Source of the DNA: Candidatus Thorarchaeota archaeon
GTDB lineage: Archaea > Asgardarchaeota > Thorarchaeia > Thorarchaeales > Thorarchaeaceae
NCBI GenBank assembly: GCA_016839445.1
Contig: JAEOUG010000163.1
Span: forward strand, 1-14,058
Length of the DNA: 14,058 nt
Direction: 5' to 3'
The notes under the pieces were generated by a model. That model saw nothing but the letters and a program-made list of their open reading frames with translations. It was not told the origin of the DNA and searched no databases. This document shows positions 7,155 to 14,058 of this stretch, piece after piece; positions within the stretch are counted from its first letter, which is position 1, and the number at the start of each line of letters is the position of its first letter. Both the position numbers and the translations under genes were made by a program.

Positions 7155-7721
7155 ATGACTTCTGAGGATGCTGGTAGCGAGAAGACTGGTACAGAACCAA
7201 TTGACATTGGGTCACTCTTCAAGGGCACTGCGACGATCACATTGGTCGCCGAGATAGTCTCGGCAATCATGCTTCTGGGGTCTGGAGTGGCTTTCATTGT
7301 TAGCCGAGCTGGAATCTTGGAGATACTCTCAACCGACGTACTCATACTCCTGCTAGTGCCTGCTGCCATGCTTGCCCTCTTCATCTTTCTAGGAGCCATA
7401 AGCTTCTTTGTCCGCGTTAACAGGAGAATCGCAGGATTCTTCATCGGATCTGACATCGGTTCTGTTGATCTCAAGAAGCCCCGCGTGAAGATGGTAGTAT
7501 TCATCTATGGCCTCGCGGTAGGCCTCATCCTCATATTCGGCATGTACGGGTACTGGCTTGTCTACAAGTACTACTTCGCGCCGCTTGCAGCGACCTCCCT
7601 TAGTTTCTTGGGCATCTCTCTTTCCCTAGGCATCTTCCTGATGGCACTACTCGTGCAGATGGTTGTGGCGGCTCTCGGCAGAACCGCAACCGGAATCATA
7701 AGAGCCGTTCTACAGGAATAG
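7155..7721 (+). CDS. Hypothetical integral membrane protein (4 TM)
   Basis: 188 aa with four long hydrophobic segments arranged as two hairpins separated by a basic loop. AAGGAG SD at about 7140-7145. Confidence 0.8.
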   Translation: MTSEDAGSEKTGTEPIDIGSLFKGTATITLVAEIVSAIMLLGSGVAFIVSRAGILEILSTDVLILLLVPAAMLALFIFLGAISFFVRVNRRIAGFFIGSDIGSVDLKKPRVKMVVFIYGLAVGLILIFGMYGYWLVYKYYFAPLAATSLSFLGISLSLGIFLMALLVQMVVAALGRTATGIIRAVLQE

Positions 7722-7784
7722 TCAGCTGAATAGCTCAGATGGAATTAAAAGGAGTCCATGTCTGGCTGACTTCGGTGCAACGGA

Positions 7785-8987
7785 ATGGAGTCAGAGGCCG
7801 TCAGCGTCACTAATCCTGAACAGGCTGGGAAGAAGCTGCACATGTGGCAGCTTTCGTACATCATAGGATTCCTGATTGTAGTTCCAGTCCTACTGCTGGA
7901 ATTCCTCGGCTTCCATCTTCCCGAATCGATTCTCCCTTATACTGAGCTAGTTGGGGGAATCCTCCTGATTGCTGGGGCATGTGAGGCATTTGTTCTCTCG
8001 GTCGAGGGGATAGCTCACAACATGCACCTGACCGACTATGTGTCTGGTATCTACGCCAGCCTCGCTAGTACCATTCCCGAGCTCTCCCTTCTTACGTTCC
8101 TCCTGCTCAGCGGCCAGTACGAGATGGCATGGATCCTCGCACTTGCCACCATCTTCATGAACTCACTAGTCTTTGCTGTCTACACTCTAATACTTCCCAA
8201 GGATGAACATGGCGAGTTCAGATTACCCGATGCAATTCATTGGGTGGGTTCAGACCTGCTTAGCATGGGGGCTGTCATCTCCTTGTCTGTGGGCCTCTCC
8301 ATGGTGCTTGTTCACATGTTCAATCCTCCGGAGGGTGGAACCTTCGCACAGGCCCTAGACAGTGGCGAGTTGATAGTCTTCGGCATGTGCCTCGTGGTAG
8401 TGTTCATTGCGTACCTCTACAGAATAACGAAGTACTACGGCCGATGCGATCCCTCCGCCGAGGACCCGTATCTCTCCTGTGAGATAACGCACGATGCCAT
8501 GAGCCGCAAGAAAGTTGTGACATACGTCCTCTTGGCCTCTCTGGGTGCTCTGCTGGGTGGCGAAGCCCTATCCTCCTTCGCTCACTTCGCTATTGATACC
8601 GCAGGTCTCACCATCATTCAGGCTGCTTTGCTCCTTGTCATCTTTGGAGGGACCCCTGAGTACATCATTGTGGCCAGCAGTCATCGGAAAAATGAGATTG
8701 AGATAGCGCTATCTAATGCCTTCGGCGGCATAGTGCAGGTCTTCTTCGTTGTGTTCGGCTACACGCTCCTAGCCTCGGGAATCATCGGGTTCGTCTTCAG
8801 TGGAGGACTGAACCTAATCCCCATAGATGTATTCTCAGTGGTTCTGCTCCTGTTCGCCTTTCCAACGTTGTTCATTCTGAGAGTCATGATCACGGATGAT
8901 GCAAAGGTCAATGCTCTGGAGTCAATTGCGATGATAGCAGTCTTCGTAATGATGCTATACATCCTTCTCGTCTATGGCGGGTATTAG
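7785..8987 (+). CDS. CaCA-superfamily cation/Ca2+ exchanger (CAX/YrbG-like)
   Basis: About 11 TM segments in two homologous halves with a central hydrophilic loop. Alpha-1 repeat ASLASTIPEL...ATIFMNSL. Alpha-2 repeat FGGTPEY...SNAFGGIVQ. Confidence 0.85.
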   Translation: MESEAVSVTNPEQAGKKLHMWQLSYIIGFLIVVPVLLLEFLGFHLPESILPYTELVGGILLIAGACEAFVLSVEGIAHNMHLTDYVSGIYASLASTIPELSLLTFLLLSGQYEMAWILALATIFMNSLVFAVYTLILPKDEHGEFRLPDAIHWVGSDLLSMGAVISLSVGLSMVLVHMFNPPEGGTFAQALDSGELIVFGMCLVVVFIAYLYRITKYYGRCDPSAEDPYLSCEITHDAMSRKKVVTYVLLASLGALLGGEALSSFAHFAIDTAGLTIIQAALLLVIFGGTPEYIIVASSHRKNEIEIALSNAFGGIVQVFFVVFGYTLLASGIIGFVFSGGLNLIPIDVFSVVLLLFAFPTLFILRVMITDDAKVNALESIAMIAVFVMMLYILLVYGGY

Positions 8988-8999
8988 AGAAAGAGATTG

Positions 9000-9026
9000 G
9001 AGGGACCAGATGATTACTGATCCCTC
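9000..9026 (-). terminator. Hairpin between convergent genes, putative terminator
   Basis: On the minus strand GAGGGATCAG-TAATCAT-CTGGTCCCTC forms a 10-bp stem with one G-U pair, followed by a pyrimidine tract (CAATCTCTTTCTCT). It lies 6 nt after the stop of the 9033..11930 gene. Confidence 0.55.
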
Positions 9027-9032
9027 AGGTGT

Positions 9033-11930
9033 CTATCCAAATGTACTGTGATCAAAGCCGATGACTGCTGGTGCCGGAGTGATTGCTGGTTCCTTCTCAC
9101 GATACATGACAAAGAAGGCTAAGACGAAGAGAAGACCACCAATGGCGTAGAGTCCCATACGAATGCTGGTCCAGAGTATCTGATCATTGTTTCTGCCGTC
9201 AGTCTCACGTTGCTCGAGTTCAGTACGTACGCTACGCCCCTGAATCACAACGTTGTAGCTACCGGGCTCCAGTGTCAGGGTGCCGCTTGCATACTCACGT
9301 TGCTGGTAGATCGACGTGGACTCAATGGTCAGGACGATTCTGGCCTCTTCTATACCCTGCTTGTAGAATATCACGTTTATGACTTCGGTCTCGAAGACCG
9401 TCATGTAGTAAGATACCTGTACCCAGACAGTCTCTGTGAAGTACGGGCTATCGCTTACGACAAAGCCGAAGCTTGCAGAGTTCGTGGTCATTTCATTGGC
9501 GCCAGGATTAACAGGGCCTTCCATGTTCGCAGGAGCAAGAAGTAGGACGCACAATAGGAACACCACTGCCGGAATGAAGAACCTGAGTCTCCTGATCTTC
9601 TTCATCCCGTCCCGTCTCGTTGCGAACTCCACCCCAACTAGCGTCGCAATAGTCGCGCCACCAGCAATTGCTAGGGTGAATATGGTTGCCTCCATGGCCT
9701 GCCCCGTGTCCATTGTGAACTCTCCGGGATCCAGTCCTCGGGCAACCTCCCATGGGTCGCTCAAACCGTCCTTGTCCGAGTCAACCAGTGTTGGGTCTGA
9801 ACCATAGATGACAATCTCTTCGTTGTCTCCAAGGGTGTCTCCGTCCGTGTCTCCGTTGAGAGGGTCACAGCCATAGATTTCAACTTCGGCATAGTCTCCG
9901 AGGCCGTCTCCATCCGAGTCCGCGTTATTGGCGTCTGTACCGAGTTCGAACTCACGCAGGTTGATGAGCGAGTCCATATCAGCATCGCCTCCGCTATCAT
10001 CGGAGAGGGGGTCGAGACCGTTCGCGTCTTCATATCCGTCAGGCATGAGATCTAGGTCCGTGTCATAGTCCAATGGGTCTGTGCCCAGAGAGCCCTCCTC
10101 CGCATCATCTAGCCAATCCATATCCGAGTCGCTCATGAAGAGACAGGTGCCCAGAGTGTCATACTCCATACTGTCGCTGAGAGTGTCTCCGTCTGAGTCC
10201 GTGCTATATGGGTCGCCCCCTTCCATGTACTCCTCGATGTTGGTGAGGGTATCGCCGTCAGGATTCCCTGTGGAGTCATCAAAGAGCGGGTTTAGTCCAT
10301 ACGCCTCCTCAAACCCGTCAAACATCGAGTCTCCATCTGAGTCGGGGTTGCTGCTGGAAGTCCCTGCCGCTGACTCATCTGCGTTAGATAGACCATCGCC
10401 GTCTAGGTCGTCAGGCGTACCGAGCTTGACGAGGAAGCCATCTCGGCTTCCGCTGAGGCCAGAGAATAGGGTCCCGTATGTATCCCACGTGTTGCTCATG
10501 GTGTATCCAACAGCGTATGAGTAGCCATCACTATCGACAGTCACATCATATGCTGAATCGTCGTTCTCTCCTCCGATGAAGGTGGCATATCTCACCTGCT
10601 GTCCATCGGCGGTCAGGCTGAAGGCATGGGCATCAACATTTCCTTGGTGAACCAAGTCTGCCGCATTTACCAGAGGATAGTCGTAGGAATAGGTATAGCC
10701 GACGACGACGATGTTTCCTTCGGAGTCGATTGCCATGGCGTTGGGACGGTCTGTGTCAGATCCGCCGAAGTAGGTTGAATAGAGCACTCTTGACCCAGTC
10801 GAATCAAGCCTCATGATGAAGATGTCAGTGTCCGACCGTGTGTCGTCTAGCGAGTTGACAAGAGGCATTTCGTCTCTGTTTGTTGAGCCTGTGATGACAA
10901 TGTCGCCGCTTGGTGTGAGGCCTACATCCACCACCCAATGGAAGTAGCCCAAGTCTAGCATCTTGGTGAAGATGAGCTCATCTCCACGTGGTCCGAGCTT
11001 GCATAGGAAGCCGTAGAATTCCTGGTCCTCATTGCCGAAGAGGATGTCACTCATGGGCCAATCAATTGCCTCGGTCCGCCCCACAACGAAGACTGACCCA
11101 TCATCTCCTACTGCAATGCCACTTGGGTAGTCGTTTGCACTGAACCCGTAATGGTCCTCGCTTCCTCCTAGGTATGTTGAGTACACCAAGTCGCCCAGGG
11201 AGGTGAACTTGGCTATGACCACATCACTGTATCCGTCGAGCACCCAGTCCCAAGCGTTCTCAAGAGGCAGGTCGGTTGAGCCAGTAATGCCTGCAATGTA
11301 GATGTTACCACGGTCATCCAGAGTCGCATAACTCATCGAGTCATAGTCTGACCCTCCGAAATAGGTCGAGAAGACCAATCTGTCACCCGTCGCCGCTAGT
11401 TTCAGCAAGAATCCATCAACGTTCTCCCAAGGGTCTGGGTTGCTATTGAAGGTCGAATCATACGCGCGGACTGTGGGTAGATCGCTTGAGTCTGTATCTC
11501 CACAGATTATCATATTCCCATAGGCGTCGACCTCTATAGACATTGGATAATCTGTTTCTGACCCGCCGATTATTGTCGTGAATAAGACCTCTTTTCCGTC
11601 TGGAGTCAACTTCATCACGAAGATGTCGTATGGTTCTCCAGAACCTGGGCCAATAGAGTAGGTGACCGGAAGATCCGTCGAGTTTGTGAAACCTGTTAGG
11701 TAGATGAACCCAAAGTCATCCACGGCTACATCAGTCACTGCATCCCTGCTGTTACCTCCGACGTACGAGGCAAGTGCAAACGCACCTCCGCCCTGTGCAG
11801 TGACTGCACGAGCCTGCGCCGTAGGCAGGTCGATTTCATCAAGGGAAGTCACGTCTTGTCCTACCATCGGACATGCAGGAAGGACAAGCACAAGAAAGAT
11901 AGGAATGGCTAATGCCCACATTCTCCTCAT
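9033..11930 (-). CDS. Secreted, membrane-anchored surface protein: SBBP 7-blade beta-propeller + TSP3-like Ca-binding repeats + C-terminal TM module
   Basis: N-terminal signal peptide MRRMWALAIPIFLVLVLPA. Seven STYxGG..D....VD..G.IY..G.T.S.D.P repeats and ten DxDxD.L.D..E repeats. Three C-terminal hydrophobic helices. ATG at 11930 (the ORF track starts at TTG 11933). Confidence 0.88.
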   Translation of the reverse strand: MRRMWALAIPIFLVLVLPACPMVGQDVTSLDEIDLPTAQARAVTAQGGGAFALASYVGGNSRDAVTDVAVDDFGFIYLTGFTNSTDLPVTYSIGPGSGEPYDIFVMKLTPDGKEVLFTTIIGGSETDYPMSIEVDAYGNMIICGDTDSSDLPTVRAYDSTFNSNPDPWENVDGFLLKLAATGDRLVFSTYFGGSDYDSMSYATLDDRGNIYIAGITGSTDLPLENAWDWVLDGYSDVVIAKFTSLGDLVYSTYLGGSEDHYGFSANDYPSGIAVGDDGSVFVVGRTEAIDWPMSDILFGNEDQEFYGFLCKLGPRGDELIFTKMLDLGYFHWVVDVGLTPSGDIVITGSTNRDEMPLVNSLDDTRSDTDIFIMRLDSTGSRVLYSTYFGGSDTDRPNAMAIDSEGNIVVVGYTYSYDYPLVNAADLVHQGNVDAHAFSLTADGQQVRYATFIGGENDDSAYDVTVDSDGYSYAVGYTMSNTWDTYGTLFSGLSGSRDGFLVKLGTPDDLDGDGLSNADESAAGTSSSNPDSDGDSMFDGFEEAYGLNPLFDDSTGNPDGDTLTNIEEYMEGGDPYSTDSDGDTLSDSMEYDTLGTCLFMSDSDMDWLDDAEEGSLGTDPLDYDTDLDLMPDGYEDANGLDPLSDDSGGDADMDSLINLREFELGTDANNADSDGDGLGDYAEVEIYGCDPLNGDTDGDTLGDNEEIVIYGSDPTLVDSDKDGLSDPWEVARGLDPGEFTMDTGQAMEATIFTLAIAGGATIATLVGVEFATRRDGMKKIRRLRFFIPAVVFLLCVLLLAPANMEGPVNPGANEMTTNSASFGFVVSDSPYFTETVWVQVSYYMTVFETEVINVIFYKQGIEEARIVLTIESTSIYQQREYASGTLTLEPGSYNVVIQGRSVRTELEQRETDGRNNDQILWTSIRMGLYAIGGLLFVLAFFVMYREKEPAITPAPAVIGFDHSTFG
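9720..10412 (-). repeat. Ten thrombospondin type-3-like (DxDxDG) Ca-binding protein repeats
   Basis: DLDGDGLSNADE, DSDGDSMFDGFE, NPDGDTLTNIEE, DSDGDTLSDSME, DSDMDWLDDAEE, DTDLDLMPDGYE, DADMDSLINLRE, DSDGDGLGDYAE, DTDGDTLGDNEE, DSDKDGLSDPWE, mostly followed by G.DP-like turns. Confidence 0.82.
10422..11775 (-). repeat. Seven SBBP beta-propeller protein repeats
   Basis: Blades begin ASYVGG, FTTIIGG, FSTYFGG, YSTYLGG, FTKMLD (degenerate), YSTYFGG and YATFIGG, each followed by a G.T.S.D.P-like segment and a FxxKL-like strand. Confidence 0.8.
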
Positions 11931-12008
11931 CAAGTGCCCCTAGCATACCGCATCTGGTACGTCCTACTTAAGCCTTCTCAGAACACGACTCAATTGCTGC
12001 TTCTTGGT

Positions 12009-12245
12009 CTAGTAGTGTCCGTACTCGCCAATGATCTGGATCTTGATGATGCACGTGAGGGTGACGTATTCGTCCGCCTCACCAGTATCCCCATGGCTTA
12101 TGCCAACAATGTCAGTGCCTACGAACGCTATCCTCCCTTCAGCGACAATCATCATCCCTGGCCCAAAGAACCTGAATCTCTCACCAGATTTCGCCGCATC
12201 TAGAAGGACGCTTCTTAGGTCTGCATCCTTCTCGAATTTCGACAT
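12009..12245 (-). CDS. Small hypothetical protein, possible Sm/Hfq-like (SH3-type barrel) fold
   Basis: 78 aa, co-oriented with its neighbours. TATA-like CTTAT about 26 nt upstream and GAGGT directly before the ATG. N-terminal helix followed by five short beta strands, including EGRIAFVG and YVTLTCIIKI. Confidence 0.7.
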   Translation of the reverse strand: MSKFEKDADLRSVLLDAAKSGERFRFFGPGMMIVAEGRIAFVGTDIVGISHGDTGEADEYVTLTCIIKIQIIGEYGHY

Positions 12246-12369
12246 ACCTCATGGATAGCAGGTCGTTGGAGATAAGCCTTGGCACTCGTCTGCGAAGGCG
12301 TCCTTCTCACGGCCGCTTCTGGAGCAAAGGAGCAGGAACATCTCTCCACGAGATGCCCCTTTCCTGTTC

Positions 12370-13557
12370 CTAGATGATGCCGACCTGCTTTCCGACCCTC
12401 TCGTATGCTGCTAGAGCAATGTCGAGTTGGTCCTTCGTCAGACCAGAGTTCATCATGTTCCTGATTCTTGCCTTGTCACGAGCAACCATTGGGAACACAA
12501 TAGGCAGAGCGAGAATACCCTCTTTGAACAGCCCGTCGCTGAGTTCGACGGCCTTTGAGCTCTCACCGCACATGGCTGGAATGATGGGAGTCTGGCTGTT
12601 GCCGGTATCAAAGCCCATCTGCTGAAGGCCCTTGACGAAGTACTCGCGATTCTCCCAGAGAGTGCGCACATGCTCTTCTTCGGTCTCAAGCACATCGATA
12701 GCTGCGATGCACGCTGCGGCAGTAGCTGGTGGGTGAGAAGCACTGAGCAGCCAAGATCTGCTCTTGTTCAGGGCGTAGTTCACCATATCACGGCTACCTG
12801 AGACATGGCCTCCCATGACGCCAAAGGCCTTGGAGAATGTGCCCATCTCGAAGTGAACGTCCTTGTGGGTGAGGTCGAAGTGTGACACAATACCACGGCC
12901 ACCTTTTCCGAGAACGGCCTCTCCGTGGGCATCGTCCACGTAGATCATGGCGCCGTGCTCTTTCCCGGCTTTGACGATACCATCCAGTGGTGCTATATCG
13001 CCGTCCATCGAGAAGACGCCGTCAGTGATAATGAGTATCCTGCGGGGATTCTCTTTCTCTGCGTCTTTCAGAACCTCCGCCAGGTGCGCTGTGTCATTGT
13101 GATTGTACACGAACCGCTTTGCCTTGGTCAGGCGTACGCCATCGATAATGCTGCCGTGGTTCAGTTCGTCAGAGACAACGACATCCTCCTTGTCAACAAG
13201 CTGAGGGATCAGACCCTCATTGGTTGTGAAGCCTGCGCTGTAGGTGAGGGAAGCCTCTGCGCCCTTGAACTGTGCCAGGCGCCTCTCGAGCTCCAAGTGC
13301 AGATCCATTGTGCCTGCAATAGCCCGTACTGATCCAGAACCTACGCCGTGGGTCTTCACTGCGTTGAGTGCAGCGTCCCTGAGCTTCGGATGGTTGCTCA
13401 AGTTGAGGTAGTTGTTCGAGCAAAGCATGATGACCTCCTTGCCATCGATCTTCGCCTTAGGGGTGCTTGGCCCCTGTAGTTCACGAATCTTCCAGTCTAG
13501 GTTTGCATCGACCAGTTTCTGATATTCCTCTTTCATCCAGACAGTAGGATCTCGCAT
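12370..13557 (-). CDS. kbl: Glycine C-acetyltransferase (2-amino-3-ketobutyrate CoA ligase), alpha-oxoamine synthase family, PLP-dependent
   Basis: CSNNYL, GSGSVR.IAGT, SDELNHGSIIDG, DGVFSMDGD, VDDAHG, PLP-lysine GTFSKAFG, FPMV..ARIR. ATG 13557 is preceded by GGTGA (ORF-track GTG 13566 is part of the SD). BioF-type activity is not excluded. Confidence 0.85.
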   Translation of the reverse strand: MRDPTVWMKEEYQKLVDANLDWKIRELQGPSTPKAKIDGKEVIMLCSNNYLNLSNHPKLRDAALNAVKTHGVGSGSVRAIAGTMDLHLELERRLAQFKGAEASLTYSAGFTTNEGLIPQLVDKEDVVVSDELNHGSIIDGVRLTKAKRFVYNHNDTAHLAEVLKDAEKENPRRILIITDGVFSMDGDIAPLDGIVKAGKEHGAMIYVDDAHGEAVLGKGGRGIVSHFDLTHKDVHFEMGTFSKAFGVMGGHVSGSRDMVNYALNKSRSWLLSASHPPATAAACIAAIDVLETEEEHVRTLWENREYFVKGLQQMGFDTGNSQTPIIPAMCGESSKAVELSDGLFKEGILALPIVFPMVARDKARIRNMMNSGLTKDQLDIALAAYERVGKQVGII

Positions 13558-13629
13558 TGTACTCACCCATTGTGGTTGTCGAAGTTTGCCCTGAGTCGGG
13601 CGTTTCTACGCGGGGCCGGCAAATTGGAC

Positions 13630-13636
13630 TATATAT
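13630..13636 (-). promoter_or_regulatory. Putative TATA box for kbl
   Basis: ATATATA in an otherwise GC-rich intergenic region, about 73 nt upstream of ATG 13557. Confidence 0.4.
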
Positions 13637-13745
13637 GGCCTTCGCTGTGGGAATGACAGGGTGTGAACCGATCCGCTTTCTTCAAGATACTAGGCGCCGC
13701 GAACCTCGCATTTACCGGTATGGTTCTTCAGGAGGCCGTCCATGA

Positions 13746-14057
13746 CTACCTGTGCTTGATGAAAGTCCCCGAACGATATTCCTTGAATGCAACATCCAGT
13801 TCATCTTGTGTGTTCATGACGATTGGCCCGTACCAGGCAATCGGTGCTCCAATTGGGGCTCCCGATATCAGCAGGAAGCGACCGCCTTGGTCACTCCTGA
13901 CTAGGATGCTTTCTCCGTCAGAGAAGACAGCAAGCGTTCCTGCGTCTACTCGCCTACGCTTGTTCCCAAAGAGGACAGATCCCTCGAAGACGAAGGCGAA
14001 AGCGGTATGTCCACTTGGTATGGTGTGGGTCATCTCAGTCCCCTTCTCGAGTTCGAT
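13746..14057 (-). CDS. Pirin family protein, C-terminal cupin domain (5'-truncated)
   Basis: Frame open to the window edge (IELEKGTEMTH...). Pirin C-terminal signature RFLLISGAPI..PIAWYGPIVMNTQDEL..AF.EY..G. Stop TAG at 13746-13748. Confidence 0.9.
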   Translation of the reverse strand: MELEKGTEMTHTIPSGHTAFAFVFEGSVLFGNKRRRVDAGTLAVFSDGESILVRSDQGGRFLLISGAPIGAPIAWYGPIVMNTQDELDVAFKEYRSGTFIKHR

Positions 14058-14058
14058 G

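Noticed and set aside
9720-10412. Recurrent DNA words (e.g. GTCTCC.TC.GAGTC) suggesting a CRISPR or tandem array
   Set aside because: They are explained by encoded DSDGD repeats, with no identical repeats separated by unique spacers.
11934-12258. Plus-strand ORFs 11934..12203 and 12031..12258
   Set aside because: They are antisense to the 78-aa minus-strand ORF, which has the promoter signals and a protein-like pattern.
12370-13557. Serine palmitoyltransferase or bioF call
   Set aside because: Same family, but GSVR.IAGT, ITDGVFSMDG and FP.V...ARIR fit kbl-type enzymes better, and there are no biotin or lipid genes nearby. Substrate is not proven.
13557-13745. 62-aa plus-strand ORF between kbl and pirin
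   Set aside because: It spans the kbl promoter region on the opposite strand, has a non-ATG start and shows no coding features.

Overview
Gene-dense archaeal window with GGTGA/GAGGT Shine-Dalgarno sites and TATA-like boxes. The eukaryote-signature proteins point to an Asgard archaeon, plausibly Thorarchaeia-like (inference). The highlight is at the left end: two tandem paralogous genes that each end in a longin + two winged-helix (WH) module resembling eukaryotic NPRL2/NPRL3 (GATOR1). The complete one (997..2949) also carries an N-terminal longin domain and an Arf-like small GTPase, giving longin-GTPase-linker-longin-WH-WH. The first gene is 5'-truncated by the window edge. Downstream are a beta-CASP/MBL nuclease with an unexplained ~320-aa N-terminal domain, quinolinate synthase nadA, a HAD phosphatase, a 4-TM hypothetical protein and a divergent CaCA-family exchanger. 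These are followed by a 965-aa surface protein (7 SBBP blades, 10 Ca-binding DxDxD repeats, internal signal-peptide-like segment), a small Sm/Hfq-like protein, a kbl-type PLP acyltransferase and a truncated pirin. No RNA genes, CRISPR arrays or mobile elements were seen. All domain calls come from manual motif reading, with no database searches.
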